Part shown: in pieces, positions 37,224 through 49,117 of the stretch | Layout: every line of letters begins with the position of its first letter | How positions within the stretch are numbered: the stretch's first letter is position 1 | DNA from: Malacoraja senta | Taxonomy: Eukaryota | DNA length: 60,000 nucleotides | Assembly (NCBI GenBank): GCA_038087875.1 | Contig: CM075999.1 | Span: 3,784,001-3,844,000, forward strand | Direction of reading: 5' to 3' | Translations under genes and position numbers: made by a program | Notes under the pieces: model-generated | The model's database searches: none | Seen by the model: the letters and a program-made list of their open reading frames with translations, nothing else | What the model was told of the DNA's origin: nothing

Positions 37224-38661
37224 CTGACAGAAACAACATCGGATACGTTAAAGTCCGGGCCAAGTGTCACAATATCGACAACACCCGCTCAATACATCTC
37301 ATGCCAAAGCCCAGTGTCAGGAGGAGGTGGACAAATGAAAGATTTGAGTCAGATGGAATATTAACTGGCTTATCACCTGACTGAATCCAACTGTGAGATG
37401 ACGCAACAGTGGAGTATGTCAGTATCTCTAAACAATTACAAACTAATGTTTTAAACTTTTAGAATTTTAATTTGATTTTATACTTATCAGTTATTAGATT
37501 ATCAAATTAGCAGTTGATTTATCATAAAATCCAAACAGAAGGGTGTGCATATCAATGGTAAGGTAAAAAAATGCAGATGGTGAAAAGCTGCAATAAAGTC
37601 ATTGAGGGTTGGAAATACTCAGTAGGTCAGGCAGCATCTTTGGAGAGAGAGAAAGAGTTAATGTTTCTGGGGCAGCCATGGATCTCTGATTGATGATGTA
37701 ACTCTGCCTTTCCACAGATGCTGCCGGCCCTGCTGAGTCTTCCCACTCTTCCCTGATCGTCTGCGCTTCCTAGGTTACGGAGAGGTGTGAACCCATCTGC
37801 ATTAACTTTCGTGTGGGAAGGAACTGCAGATGCTGGTTTACACAGAAGATAGCCGCAAAATGCTGGGGTAACTCAGCGGGACAGGCAGCATCTCTGGAGA
37901 GAAGGAATAGATGACGTTTTGGGTGGAGACCCTTCTTCAGTCTGAAAGTCATGGGAGAGGGAAACTAAAGGTATGATAAGATACCGAACAGATCAGAGCT
38001 GGCATTGATGACTCAAGAAAGGTGGAGCCCACAATGGTCCATTGTTGGCCGTGGAAGAGGTGATAATGCAAGGATACAAACAGTGAAGTCGGAGAGCAGG
38101 AGGAATCACAGAGGGGGAGCAGTGAGAGAGGGTTTAGTTTAGTTTAGTTTAGTGATACAGCGTGGAAACAGGCCCTTCGGCCCACCGAGTCCGCACCGAC
38201 CATCAACTCTACCTCTGCGCCACCGTGCCGCCCAAGCTCAGGTTGTTGCAGAACTGCTGTCTGAGAGAGGGGGAGAATTTGTTCACAGTAGCCACACCTT
38301 GAGGAGGTTTTGCGGTGAAGCAGACAAAATGAAGGGACGTAATGTTAGGAAGGAGATGAGGAGAAATTTCTTTAGACAGAGGGTGGTGAATCTGTGGGAT
38401 TATTTGCCACAGACGTCTGTGGAGGCCAAGTCAGTGGGTAATTTTAGATAAAGATAGAGAAAGATAGATTCTTGATTCGTGCGGGTGTCAGGGGTTATGT
38501 GGTGGGGGGGGGGGTGGAAGCAGGAAAATGGGGTTTGGAGGGAGAGATAGATCGGCCATGATTGAATGGCTGAGTAGATTTGATAGGCCGAATGGCCTAA
38601 TTCTACTCCTATCCCTTATGACCTTACGTGTGGGGGGGAGATTTCTTTCCGTTTTTCTCAC

Positions 38662-38819
38662 CATGTGACGGTGGGGGATGGGGCTCCTTGCACGATGCAG
38701 GAGAGTGTGACATTCATCTTTTCCCACACCGTGTGTGGTCTGAGCAGCACCACGAACTCCGGCCCATGGGCAGCCAGGTCTTCGCGATGCTTCTTCTCCT
38801 CCGCCATTCTTTTCTCCAC
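38662..38819 (-). CDS. MYOM3: MYOM3 exon, start of Ig My2 (PEFVVLLRPHTVWEKMNVTLSCIVQG)
   Basis: AG/GT bounded, phase 0-2, conserved LRxHTVWE. Confidence 0.93.
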
Positions 38820-39375
38820 CTGAAACGACACGCACTTATGCTTCATTTACTCTAGTTTACTTTAATTTAGTTTAGAGATACAGCGCAGAACCCTTCGGCT
38901 CACCGATTCCACACCAGCGTACCCCGTACACTAGCACTGCCCGACACAGTGGGGACAATTTGCAATTTTACCAAAGCCAATTAACCTACATACCTTTGGA
39001 GTGTGGGGGGAAACCGGAGCACCCGGAGAAAACCCACGCGGGTCACAGGGAGAACGTATTGTATTGTATTGTATATTGTATATATTACAAACTCCGTACA
39101 GACAGCACCCGTTGTCAGGATCGAACCCGGGTCTCTGGCGCTGTGAGGCAGCAGCTCTACCCGCTGCGCCTCCGTGCCACCCTGTGTTAGCGATGTTATT
39201 CATTCAGGGATACAAGATTGTAATCGTGTATCGTCTTTCTGCTGACTGGTTAGCACGCAACAAAAGCTTTTCACTGTACCTCGGTACACGTGACAATAAA
39301 CTAAACTAAACGATTCAATGATGAGGTAACGGAGGCTGCGACCGGGCCCCAGGTTCTGGGAACAGTTTGCTTTAC

Positions 39376-39526
39376 CTTGCCACGTATCGCTTTGTGATCA
39401 GATGGCGCTAACAGAATTTTCCGAGCCTTGTAGTAACTTTCGTCCATTTTCTTCATCTCATTTCCAAATAACACCCTCTTGCCCTGTTCCCTCTTCCCCC
39501 TTCGACCTCCTGTGCTAGGCTCAGGT
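39376..39526 (-). CDS. MYOM3: MYOM3 exon (EQGKRVLFGNEMKKMDE...IRGK)
   Basis: AG/GT bounded, phase 2-0, MYOM3-type head motif. Confidence 0.88.
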
Positions 39527-40082
39527 CTGCAGGAAGGAAACACAAGAATTAATTTTTAATGCAAGAATAAAAGCAAAATAAAGTAATTAATTAACAACTA
39601 GATTCTAGAATTGTCAGAGGTGTTGGCATAATTACCGTCACTTTAATACACCTGGGATCCAAGTATTCACATGAACATCAATTCTCGGACAATTTTTAAT
39701 CGGACATAGAGAGAAGGAGTGATACAGTGTGAAACAGGCCCTTCGGCCCAACTTGCCCACACCGGCCAACATGTCCCAGCTACACTAGTCCCACCTGCCC
39801 GCGTTTGGTCCATATCTCTCCAAACCTGTCCTAGCCATGTACCTGTCTAACTGCTTTTTAAATGTTGGGATAGTCCCAGCCTCAACTACCTCCTCTGGCA
39901 GCTTGTTCCGTACACCCACCACCCTCCATGTGAAAAAGTTACCGTTCAGATTCCTATTAAGTTTTTTACCCTTCACTTTAAACCTATGTCCTTCATCTTA
40001 CACTAGACATTACACCCCTTACCCTGTATGTGTAGACTGTGGATTGTAATCATATATAGTCTTTCCGCTGGCTGGGCAAGAC

Positions 40083-40208
40083 CTTGTGGGCAGGGATATA
40101 AGACGGGCAGGAGCTGGTCGAGGTTGCAGTGTAACAAGGAGCTGCTTCCACTGTGGGAGCAGGGATTGGTGCACAGAGAACCTCTCTTGTTCCTCTCCTG
40201 TGGAATGC
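40083..40208 (-). CDS. MYOM3: MYOM3 putative head exon (HSTGEEQERFSVH...)
   Basis: 126 nt, phase 2-2, open frame, weak similarity to RSSEEEHEFS. Weak donor GTCTTG. Confidence 0.45.
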
Positions 40209-40748
40209 CTGAACATTAAACCTGTTGTACTGTCTCCAGTGACAGCTTGGCCTTTGTCTCTGCAGCTGGTGTGACCACTCACGGCCGGCTATATTTACCT
40301 TCTCCCTCTGACAAACTCCAAAATCCATGACGATAGTCACCAACTGCGGCACAGTGGTGCAGCGGGTAGAGCTGCTGCCTCACAGCGCCAGAGACCGGGT
40401 TCCATCCTGACTACGCACACTTGTCTGTATGGAGTTTGTATGTTCTCCCCGTGACCTGTGTGGGTTTCCTCCGGGTGCTCCGGTTTCCTCAAACATTCCA
40501 AACTCGTACAGGTTTGTCGGTTAATTGGCTTTGGTAAAATTGTAAATTGTTCCTAGTGTGTGTAGGATAGTGTTAGTGTGCGGGGATCGCTGGTCGGTGC
40601 GGACTCGGTGGGCCGAAGGGCCTGTTTCCGCGCTGCATCTCTAATTTAAACTAAACTTAAACTATAGATTCTTGTTCATAAGTAACAGGTAATATTGATT
40701 TTCCAAGACAGTGAGAAGATGGTGGGTACCTCTCACACCTCGACCCAC

Positions 40749-40867
40749 CTGAAGCCATGTGTCGCTGAGCTCCCCTCAGCCGAAGATCTTGCTCTCACAG
40801 CTGACGTTACCCAGCGGGGTGAGAGGTCAAAGTGTTCGGCTCGACTGTGGTGGAACCTGGTGGCCAT
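40749..40867 (-). CDS. MYOM3: MYOM3 first coding exon (MATRFHHSRAEHFDLSPRW...)
   Basis: Acceptor cttctcttccag before 40884, ATG in GACATGG context, donor AG|GTGGGT, phase 2 matching the downstream exons. Confidence 0.7.
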
Positions 40868-41611
40868 GTCTCAGCTCAGTATATCTGGAAGAGAAGCAGC
40901 AGGAGAAACATTAAACCACACCCAGTGACACAGTGGTCGACGGAGGGGCAGGATGTGGCATTGTCCACATACAACTTATCGCCCGCACGGTGAACCGCGG
41001 CTAAACCGTGACCTCCGGGGACAAGAACAGCTTCTTCCCTGCAACCACCAGGCTCTTAGAGTCATAGAGTGATACAGTGTGGGAACAGGCCCTTCAGCCC
41101 ATCTTGCCCACACTGACCAACATGTTCCATCTACACAAGTTCCACCTGCCTACGTTTGGCCCCTGTCCCTCCAAACCTGTCCTATCCATGTACCTGTCTA
41201 ATGTTTCATAAACGTTGCCCTAGTCCCTGCCTCAACTACCTCCTCTGGCAGCTCATTCCATACACCCACCACCCTTTGTGTGAAAAAGTTACCCCTCAGA
41301 TTCCTATTTAAATCTTTCCCCCTTCACCTTAAACCTATGTCCTCTGGTCCTCGATTCCCCTACTCTGGGCAAGAAAAAGACGAAGAGACAGACAGACTGT
41401 TGGCGAGGCTGCCATCGAGCAGCACCTCCCTTAGGAACACTGACAAGGACATTTCCATGCCCACTGTTACCAGACAGTGGGATGGACCTCTCATAGACCC
41501 CCTGCCTGAATCATTGTGCCGTCTGCACTTGTGTCTCTGCAGCTGTGACTTTCTGCACTCTGTAGAATCTACAGGAGCTGCCTCTGAAAGGCAGCCAGCA
41601 TCATCAGAGAC

Positions 41612-42392
41612 CCCCACCCTGACCACACTCCCACCCACACCACCCTGGCCCAGTGACCCACACCCACACCACCCTGACCACACGCCCACCCACACCACCC
41701 TGGCCCAGTGACCCACACCCACACCACCCTGGCCACACCCCCACCCACACCACCCTGGCCACACCCCCACCCACACCACCCTGGCCACACCACCACCCAC
41801 ACCACCCTGACCACACCCCCACCCGCACCATCCTGACCACACTCCCACCCACACCACCCTGGCCACACCACCACCCACACCACCCTGGCCACACCACCAC
41901 CCTGACCACACCCCCACCCGCACCATCCTGACCACACTCCCACCCACACCACCCTGGCCACACTCCCACCCACACCACCCTGGCCACACTCCCACCCACA
42001 CCACCCTGACCCCCACCCGCACCATCCTGACCACACTCCCACCCACACCACCCTGACGCAATGACCCACACCCACATGACCACACTCCCACCCACACCAC
42101 CCTGACCCAATGACCCGCACCACCCTGACCACACCCCCACCCACACCACCCTGACCACACCCCCACCCACTCCACCCTGACCACACCCCCACCCACACCA
42201 CCCTGGCCACACCACCACCCACACCACCCTGACCACACCCGCACCCACACCACACCACCCTGACCACACCCGCACCCACACCACCTTGGCCACACTCCCA
42301 CCCGCACCACCCTGACCCAATGACCTACACCACCCTGACCACACCCCCACCACACCACCCTGACCCCCACCCACACCACACCACCCTGGCCA
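41612..42392. repeat. CACACCACCCTG(A/G)C minisatellite inside a Rex1/Babar-like fragment
   Basis: Direct reading; the flanks are contiguous LINE 3' sequence. Confidence 0.9.
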
Positions 42393-42526
42393 CGCTCTCA
42401 TCTCGCTGCTACCATGGGGGAAGAAGGTACAGGAGCCTGAAAACCGTGACCTCCAGGTTCAAGAACAGCTTCTTCCCCATGGTAGCAGCGAGATGAGAGC
42501 GTGGCCAGGGTGGTGTGGTGTGGGTG

Positions 42527-43345
42527 GGCGGCGCGACTCTTGTTTGCAGCGGCCTCTGCAGTCCGTCTGTCTTTTATTATTTTTGTCTCGTTTTTATGTA
42601 GTTTATTATTATTTTTTTGTCGGGGTATGTGTGTGGGGGGAACTTTAAAATCTTTCCCCTGCACGGGAGACCCGACCTTTTCTTTGTCGGGTCTCCGTTG
42701 TCGTTGGGGCTGGGCAACGTGGAGCGGCCTCCAGCAGGAGCGACCTGGGGCTCCAGTTGCGGAGCTGCGGACTACTCACCGTCGCGGGGCTGGCCGAGTC
42801 CGGAGCGGGTGGAGCTGTGGTGGAGACAATCGCTGCTGCTACCCGACCCCCGGAGATTCGGGGGCTACAGCCGCGGGTCTGGCGGAAGCCCGCGGGTCCC
42901 TGGTGGGAGACCGCTTTTCGGGGTTTCCGCAGCGGCGACTTCTCCCGCCCGAGTTGCGGGGTTGAAGAGCACCTGGAGCGGGGCTTTATCCCCCCGCGCG
43001 GCTTGGAATGGCCGCCGGACTTTGCGAGCGAGCGCCGGGGCTCTAACACCAAGACCCGGTGCGTGACCCTTGCATTACCCGGCGTGGCTTTCATGGCCGC
43101 GGGATAATCACCATCGCCCGCCGGGGGCTTTGACTTTGACTCTGACATCGGGGAGGGGGGGAGTGCAGTGGAAAGATACGTTTTTTTGCCTTCCATCACA
43201 GCGCTGTGATGGATGTATGTGTAAATTGTGTTGTGTCTCGGGTCTTTTTTCGTTTTGTAATGTATGGCTGCAGAAACGACATTTCGTTTGGACCTCAAGG
43301 GTTCCAAATGACAAATTTGTCCAAAAGACAAATAAAATTGTATTC
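42527..43345 (+). mobile_element. CpG-rich non-autonomous retroelement-like repeat (related piece at ~57600-57965)
   Basis: GC-rich body, LINE-like tail ATTTCGTT..AATGACAAA..AATAAA. Confidence 0.5.
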
Positions 43346-43409
43346 CCAACAACATGAGGCTCTTGAACACTGCACAACACTGACCTCAGCAACTGTGGTC
43401 TAACACGGA

Positions 43410-43552
43410 CTGTGTCTGCATGTGCTCTACGAGCTGTGTCTATGGGTGCTCTACGGGCTGTGTCTGCGGGTGCTCTACGAGCTGTGTCTATGGGTGCTCT
43501 ACGAGCTGTGTCTATGGGTGCTCTACGGGCTGTGTCTGCGGGTGCTCTACCG
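43410..43552. repeat. 24-bp tandem repeat, ~6 copies
   Basis: CTGTGTCTATGGGTGCTCTACGAG-like units. Confidence 0.92.
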
Positions 43553-44409
43553 ACTAGGATTTTGTTTTACTTTACTATTGGTGTTGAGAATTTCTAGATG
43601 TTTCTGTCCATTGTATATTATCTGTGTATATTGTGTGTGCAGGATGTTAAGCTGCAGCAAGTAAGATTTCTGTTGTTGGTACAGAGAACAATGGAACATT
43701 CTAGACTCTTGACCCTGTTTCCTTCCTCCTTTCACTTCCTGCTTTTGATTAGAATCAAGCATGAATGTGTTTTTGGATGTGCTCTCAGGCGGGTAGTTAC
43801 ACTAGTTACCGATTGAGGGCATATTGGGCGAGTTCCATTTCCTTCCTAGTCACATATAGAAACATATCTGTCCAAATGTTTTAAAAAAAGCTGTAAATGT
43901 ATTGGTTTCTGTAGCTTTCTCTGACAGCTCATTCCAGATACGGACTACCCCCTGAGTGAAAATGTTTCCCCAGAGTTTCTCCCATCTCACCTTAAGCCAG
44001 AGCTCTCTAGTTTTAGAATCCTCTACCCAGGGAACGTTTTATGAAAGTTCCTGGAGGAATTATCAACAGTAATTCGACCTCCAACCCAGCTCCAGTGTTA
44101 CAGACTAACTCTATCAGAAGATAGTCACAAAAAGCTGGAGTAACTCAGCGGGTCAGGCAGCATCGGTGGAGAGAAGAGGGGACATTTCGGGTCGGGACCC
44201 TTCTTCATACTGAGAGGCAGGGGAAAGGGAAAGGGAGAGATATAGACGGCGATGTAGACAAACTAATGCAAAATAGTAACGATGATCAAGGAAAGGTGGA
44301 GCCCACAATGGTCCATTGTTGGCTGTGGGGGAAGGTGATGGTGAGTTATACAGACATTAAAACACAACAGGACAACAGTGAAACTCCATTCAAAAAGCAA
44401 TGTACTCAC

Positions 44410-44560
44410 CAGAGTGTGAGAGCCAGTGAGCATGGGGCAGGGGCGGTGAAGAATCTGTGTTGGTTTGGTGGGAGAGCGGGAGGACAAGTGGCCACTTGTT
44501 CCACAGCTGCCAACACAGGAATGACCGGCAGTGAAAGAGGATCCCACTGTTGTCCATTGT
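44410..44560 (-). other. MYOM3: Probable non-coding first exon of MYOM3 (5' end uncertain)
   Basis: Strong donor CTG|GTGAGT at 44410/44409 in unique sequence, next to an AT-rich promoter-like segment. Confidence 0.5.
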
Positions 44561-44625
44561 GACCTTTCAGTGCGATATATTTAGTTGCTTTATTAATCAC
44601 CAGAATAAATATAGAAAATAAGTCC
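44500..44625 (-). promoter_or_regulatory. Candidate muscle promoter
   Basis: MEF2/TATA-like CTAAATATAT (44575-44584) and CTATATTTAT (44605-44614), AAAGGTCA (44560-44567), E-box CAGCTG (44504-44509). Motif inspection only. Confidence 0.4.
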
Positions 44626-45606
44626 TTTTGTTCTCTTTCCTTGGTTGTTAAACCAACTGTACATGGACACTCGCACTCAATCCATCCACATGGCCGGCCT
44701 GCCTGCCTGCCCTGAGCGGTCATTTAGCTGATCCAATGCCTATAGTAATTCCAGTCAGTATTTCCCCTTGTAATGTGAATCCAGATTTAGTCAGCTGCAG
44801 TCAGTATAAATACAGATGGGACTGAGGTCTAATGTCTGAGATAAAATAATGCCAAGTCACTAATAACATTCACAGAGAATTCAAATTTGCATTTAGCTTC
44901 TGAGATGGAATCTTTTGTATGATTATTGCTAATGTATAGCGGGATTGTCACTGAGCTGTGTGGTGTAAAGGAATGTCACTGTATTTAGGTACACCTGACA
45001 CTAAAGTACCATTAAACCATTGAACTACAGTCAGAGCTTTTAGATTTTAGAGATACAGCGCAGAACAGGCCCTTCAGCCCACCGAGTCCGTGCCGACCAG
45101 CGATCCCCGCACACTAACACTATCCTACACACACTAGGGATACTTTACAATTTTACCAAAGCCAATTAAACTACAAACCTGTACGTCTTTGGAGTGTGGG
45201 AGCGCCCGGAGAAAACCCACACGGTCACAGGGAGAACGTGCAAACTTCACACAGACATCACCCGTAGTCAGGATCGATCCCGGGTCTCTGGCGCTGTGAG
45301 GCAGCAGCTCTACCGCTGCACCACCGTGCCGGTATAGAATGGATTGGAATACAGTCAGGGATGCAATGTGTGTACAATGCAGCTGTAGAAATATGATGTT
45401 ATTGATTCTTGCTCAGTGCAGTTTTATGGCATGTTTGGAATAGTTGGTAAGTTCAGGTGTTATGTAAGATGTTATGTAAGGAAACGCCTCAAGTATTGAA
45501 TCAAACACAACACGATTTGACCCGCTCCACCCTCTTTGACTAATCTTCTAATTACGGTGGATATGAGCACACGAAATATAGGGTGTCCTATATATGGTTC
45601 CTTTTG

Positions 45607-45634
45607 TCTGTATGTGAGTGTATGTGTGTGTGCG

Positions 45635-45678
<44 letters not shown>

Positions 45679-45698
45679 TGTGTGTGTGTGCGCGTGTA

Positions 45699-45776
<78 letters not shown>

Positions 45777-45944
45777 TGTGTGTGTGCGCGCGCGTGTATG
45801 TGTGTGTGTGTGTGTGCGCGAGTGTATGTGCGTGTGTGTGTGTGTGTGTATGTGTGTGTGTGTGTGCGTATGTGTGTGCGTGTGTGCGCGTGTATGTGTG
45901 TGTGTGTGTGCGTGCGCATGTATGAGTGTGTGTGTGTGCGTGTG
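45607..45944. repeat. (TG)n-rich microsatellite
   Basis: Direct reading. Confidence 0.97.
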
Positions 45945-47105
45945 TCCCCGGGTAGGAGAATCACAAACCAGGGGACATAGGTTTAAGGTGAGGAGGGAAA
46001 GATTTAATTGGAACCCAAGGGGCAACTGTTTCACACAGAGGGTGGCGGGTGCATGGAACGAGCTGCCAGAGGAGGTAGTTGAGGCTGGGACTAAAGTAAC
46101 ATTTAAAAGACATTTGGACAGGTACATGGATAGGACAGGTTTAGGGGGTATGGGCCAAACGCGGGCAGGTGGGACTAGTGTAGATGGGGCACCTCTGCAT
46201 GAGCAAGTTGGGCCGAAGGGCCTGTTTCTGAGCTGTGTGACTCCATGAATCAACTCACCTTTGCTAATTCAGATGGCCTTGTTTGCTGGAGTGAGAATGG
46301 AATGTGACGGAGCAGGAATCCGACTCAGTTTCACAACAGCAGCTGAAGGAATTTACAAGATGATTAAATATAAATAGAACCAACAGCAAGGTCCAGCAGA
46401 CGCTGAAACGCTGAGATAAAGCAGGGAATGTGGCAAATGCTGGTGGCATCTATGGTGAGGGAAGGAGATCAGTGTTACAGGTCAATCAGAAGCTTTGTGG
46501 TTACGACACTACCTGTCTGTGATGTCTGCCAGTCTTTCAGAGAGAGACTCTGCTGACCACAATCTCTTTACCAGTTGGCTTGTTTATGAAATGTTCCTCA
46601 GTTTACTTGAGTTTAGTTTATTGTCACTTGTACCGAGGTACAGTGAAAAGCCTTTTGTTGCGTGCTAACCAGTCAGTGGAAAGACAATACATGATTACAA
46701 TTGATCTATTTAATAGACAATAGACAATAGGTGCAGGAGTAGGCCATTCGGCCCTTCGAGCCAGCACCGACCGCCATTCAATGTGATCATGGCTGATTTA
46801 CAGTATAATTTACAGTGCATAGATACAGGATAAGGTAAAGCCAGTCAACGTGCAGTGATCATTTATTACATCGTCAGAAGGTAAATAAATAATTTAATAT
46901 TTGCTGGAATGTCTGCATCTGCAGTTTCTGGACAGAAATAACAACGGGTGCTAAAGGTTCAACTTCAACGTCAGAGCGGTTTCTCCATTCACTGAGTATC
47001 TTCAGGAGTTGCCATCCTGCTGACCAATGGTTTACTCATCACAGGTGAAGGACTGGACACCACTGCAACCATCCACATTAAGGCAAGCACAAACCTGTTT
47101 AGCGT

Positions 47106-47213
47106 CTATTCATCCACCTGGACCTGTATTTCCCAAGCTGCAAGCAGTGAGCTTGCTTCAGCTGCAGGGTTTGTTGGCAAAGCCTCTTGCTGCCAGTCTC
47201 TTTGTGGTGAAGG
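47106..47213 (-). CDS. C-terminal fragment of a putative class II cytokine receptor (IL22RA1/IL20RA-like), cut by the gap
   Basis: Frame PSPQRDWQQEALPTNPAAEASSLLAAWEIQVQVDE-TAG resembles the recalled IL20RA end (EEWGLYVQMEN) and IL22RA1 end (LALTVQWES). Same strand as MYOM3 and upstream of it, as in human. Confidence 0.5.
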   Translation of the reverse strand, partial: PSPQRDWQQEALPTNPAAEASSLLAAWEIQVQVDE

Positions 47214-47214
47214 C

Positions 47215-47414
47215 NNNNNNNNNNNNNNNNNNNNNNNNNNNNNNNNNNNNNNNNNNNNNNNNNNNNNNNNNNNNNNNNNNNNNNNNNNNNNNNNNNNNNN
47301 NNNNNNNNNNNNNNNNNNNNNNNNNNNNNNNNNNNNNNNNNNNNNNNNNNNNNNNNNNNNNNNNNNNNNNNNNNNNNNNNNNNNNNNNNNNNNNNNNNNN
47401 NNNNNNNNNNNNNN
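47215..47414. other. Assembly gap (200 N)
   Basis: Run of n characters. Confidence 1.
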
Positions 47415-47599
47415 CCGAGGAACTGAAGGAAATCCACATTAGGTAGGAAATGATGTTGGGTAAACTGATGGGATTGAAGGCTGATAAAGACGGGAGAGAG
47501 AAAACTGAATTATAGACCAGTTAGCCTGACATCGGTGGTGGGGAAAATGCTGGAGTCTATTATAAAAGATGAAATAGCGGCACATTTGGATAGCAGTAT

Positions 47600-49117
47600 A
47601 GGGCCTGTCCCACTTTGCAGATTTTTTTCTGCGAGTGCGAGCGTCAGTGACTGATGCCCGTGAAACCGTCAAGTTGTACGACATACACGCTGACTGACGT
47701 ATGTTGTCCTGCAGGTGACGCCCGGTTATGGTTAGGATCAGGGTTACGGTTAGGGCCAGGGTTTGGGTTAGGATTAGGGACCACAGATGGGCTGTAAAAT
47801 ATTCTTCCTTCAATGCATGGATTTTAAACATTAATATATTAAAATTAATACAATAAAATCAATTGTGCAAATGAAAAGATGTCTGAGTCGTTCAGTTTTA
47901 TTTACAGATGTATTGGTCCGCTTCCAGATCGAATCACCGTCTCTAACTTTTCACAGGGATGGATTCAGTGAGTGTAGACTGAACTCCCCTCTCCCCTCCA
48001 GCCACCTCTTCCTCCCTCCCGCACCATTCCTCGTTCTGCACTGCCACCCTACCATTCTCCCCTCCCCTCTCCCGCCCTGCTTCCCTTCCCCTCTCTTCCC
48101 CTTCTCCCCGCTCCACTCTACTCCCCCTTCTCTGCTCACCCCCCTCACATCCCCTTCTCCCCCTTTCCCTCCCTTCTCCCATTCTCCACGCCCTCCCCCA
48201 CTTTCCCCGATGTCCCACATTTGTGGACCTAGCCTGCGACCAGCGAATAGCCGCACACTATCCCACACACACTAGAGACAATTTATACAAACCCTAACCG
48301 TAACCCTAACCCTAACCTTAGCCCTAACCCTAACCCTAACCCTAACCTTAGACCTAACCCTAACCCTAACCCTAACCGTAACCCTAACCCTAACCTTAGC
48401 CCTAACCCTAACCCTAACTCTAGGTTGATAGGCTTGGTATAAGTATAAATTGTCCCTAGCGTGTGTGGGATAGTGTGCGAGGGATCACTGGTCGGTGCAG
48501 ACTCGGTGGGCCGAAGGGCACTGTATCTCTGAGCTAAATTTGATACAGGGGCCCCAGCGGTTGGACTCGAACCCTCAATGTTCTGCCTGCTCATGGGAAC
48601 TAAACTGTTGGCCAAGAGTTGTCCCAGAGGCAGATCTCTCTTCCAATGGTCTCTCCAAACCCCCAGAGGCAGTGGGCTTTCAACTGGGTACAGGCAATGT
48701 TGTCAATGTACCAGTGCCTCCCACCCGGCCACTGGGTCTAAATTGCCCAGCCTACCCATTTTGAAAGCCCACTGAATCCATCCCTTTGATAAGGTTGGGA
48801 CGGTGATTGGATCTGGAAGCGGACCAATACATCTGTAAATTAAACTGAACGACTCAGACATCTATTCATTTGCACAATTGATGTTATTGTATTAATTTTC
48901 ATATATTAATGTTTAAAATCCATGCATTGAAGGAAGAATATTTTACAGCCCATCTGTGGTCCTTAACCCTAACCAGGCGTCACCCGCAGGACAGCATACA
49001 TCAGCGTGTGACAGGACGCACGACATGATGAGACACCCAGATGTCACCACCGCGCGTCACTACATGCGACACCATTCAGGCTGTCGCCAAAAATGTTGCC
49101 CAAGTGGGACTGGCCCT
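47600..49117. mobile_element. Harbinger-type element with long imperfect TIRs
   Basis: Ends AGGGCCTGTCCCACTT / AAGTGGGACTGGCCCT; TSD TAT/TAA; inverted arms 47685-47941 and 48799-49009. Confidence 0.8.
48290..48418. repeat. Interstitial telomere-like (CCCTAA)n, ~21 units
   Basis: Direct reading; variant units CCGTAA and CCTTAG. Confidence 0.95.

Noticed and set aside
43410..43552. CRISPR-like array
   Set aside because: Head-to-tail tandem units with no unique spacers, in vertebrate DNA.
46259..46342. Exon-like segment on the minus strand (ttccttcag...AAG|GTGAGT)
   Set aside because: Stops in all three frames; at most a UTR exon, with no supporting evidence.
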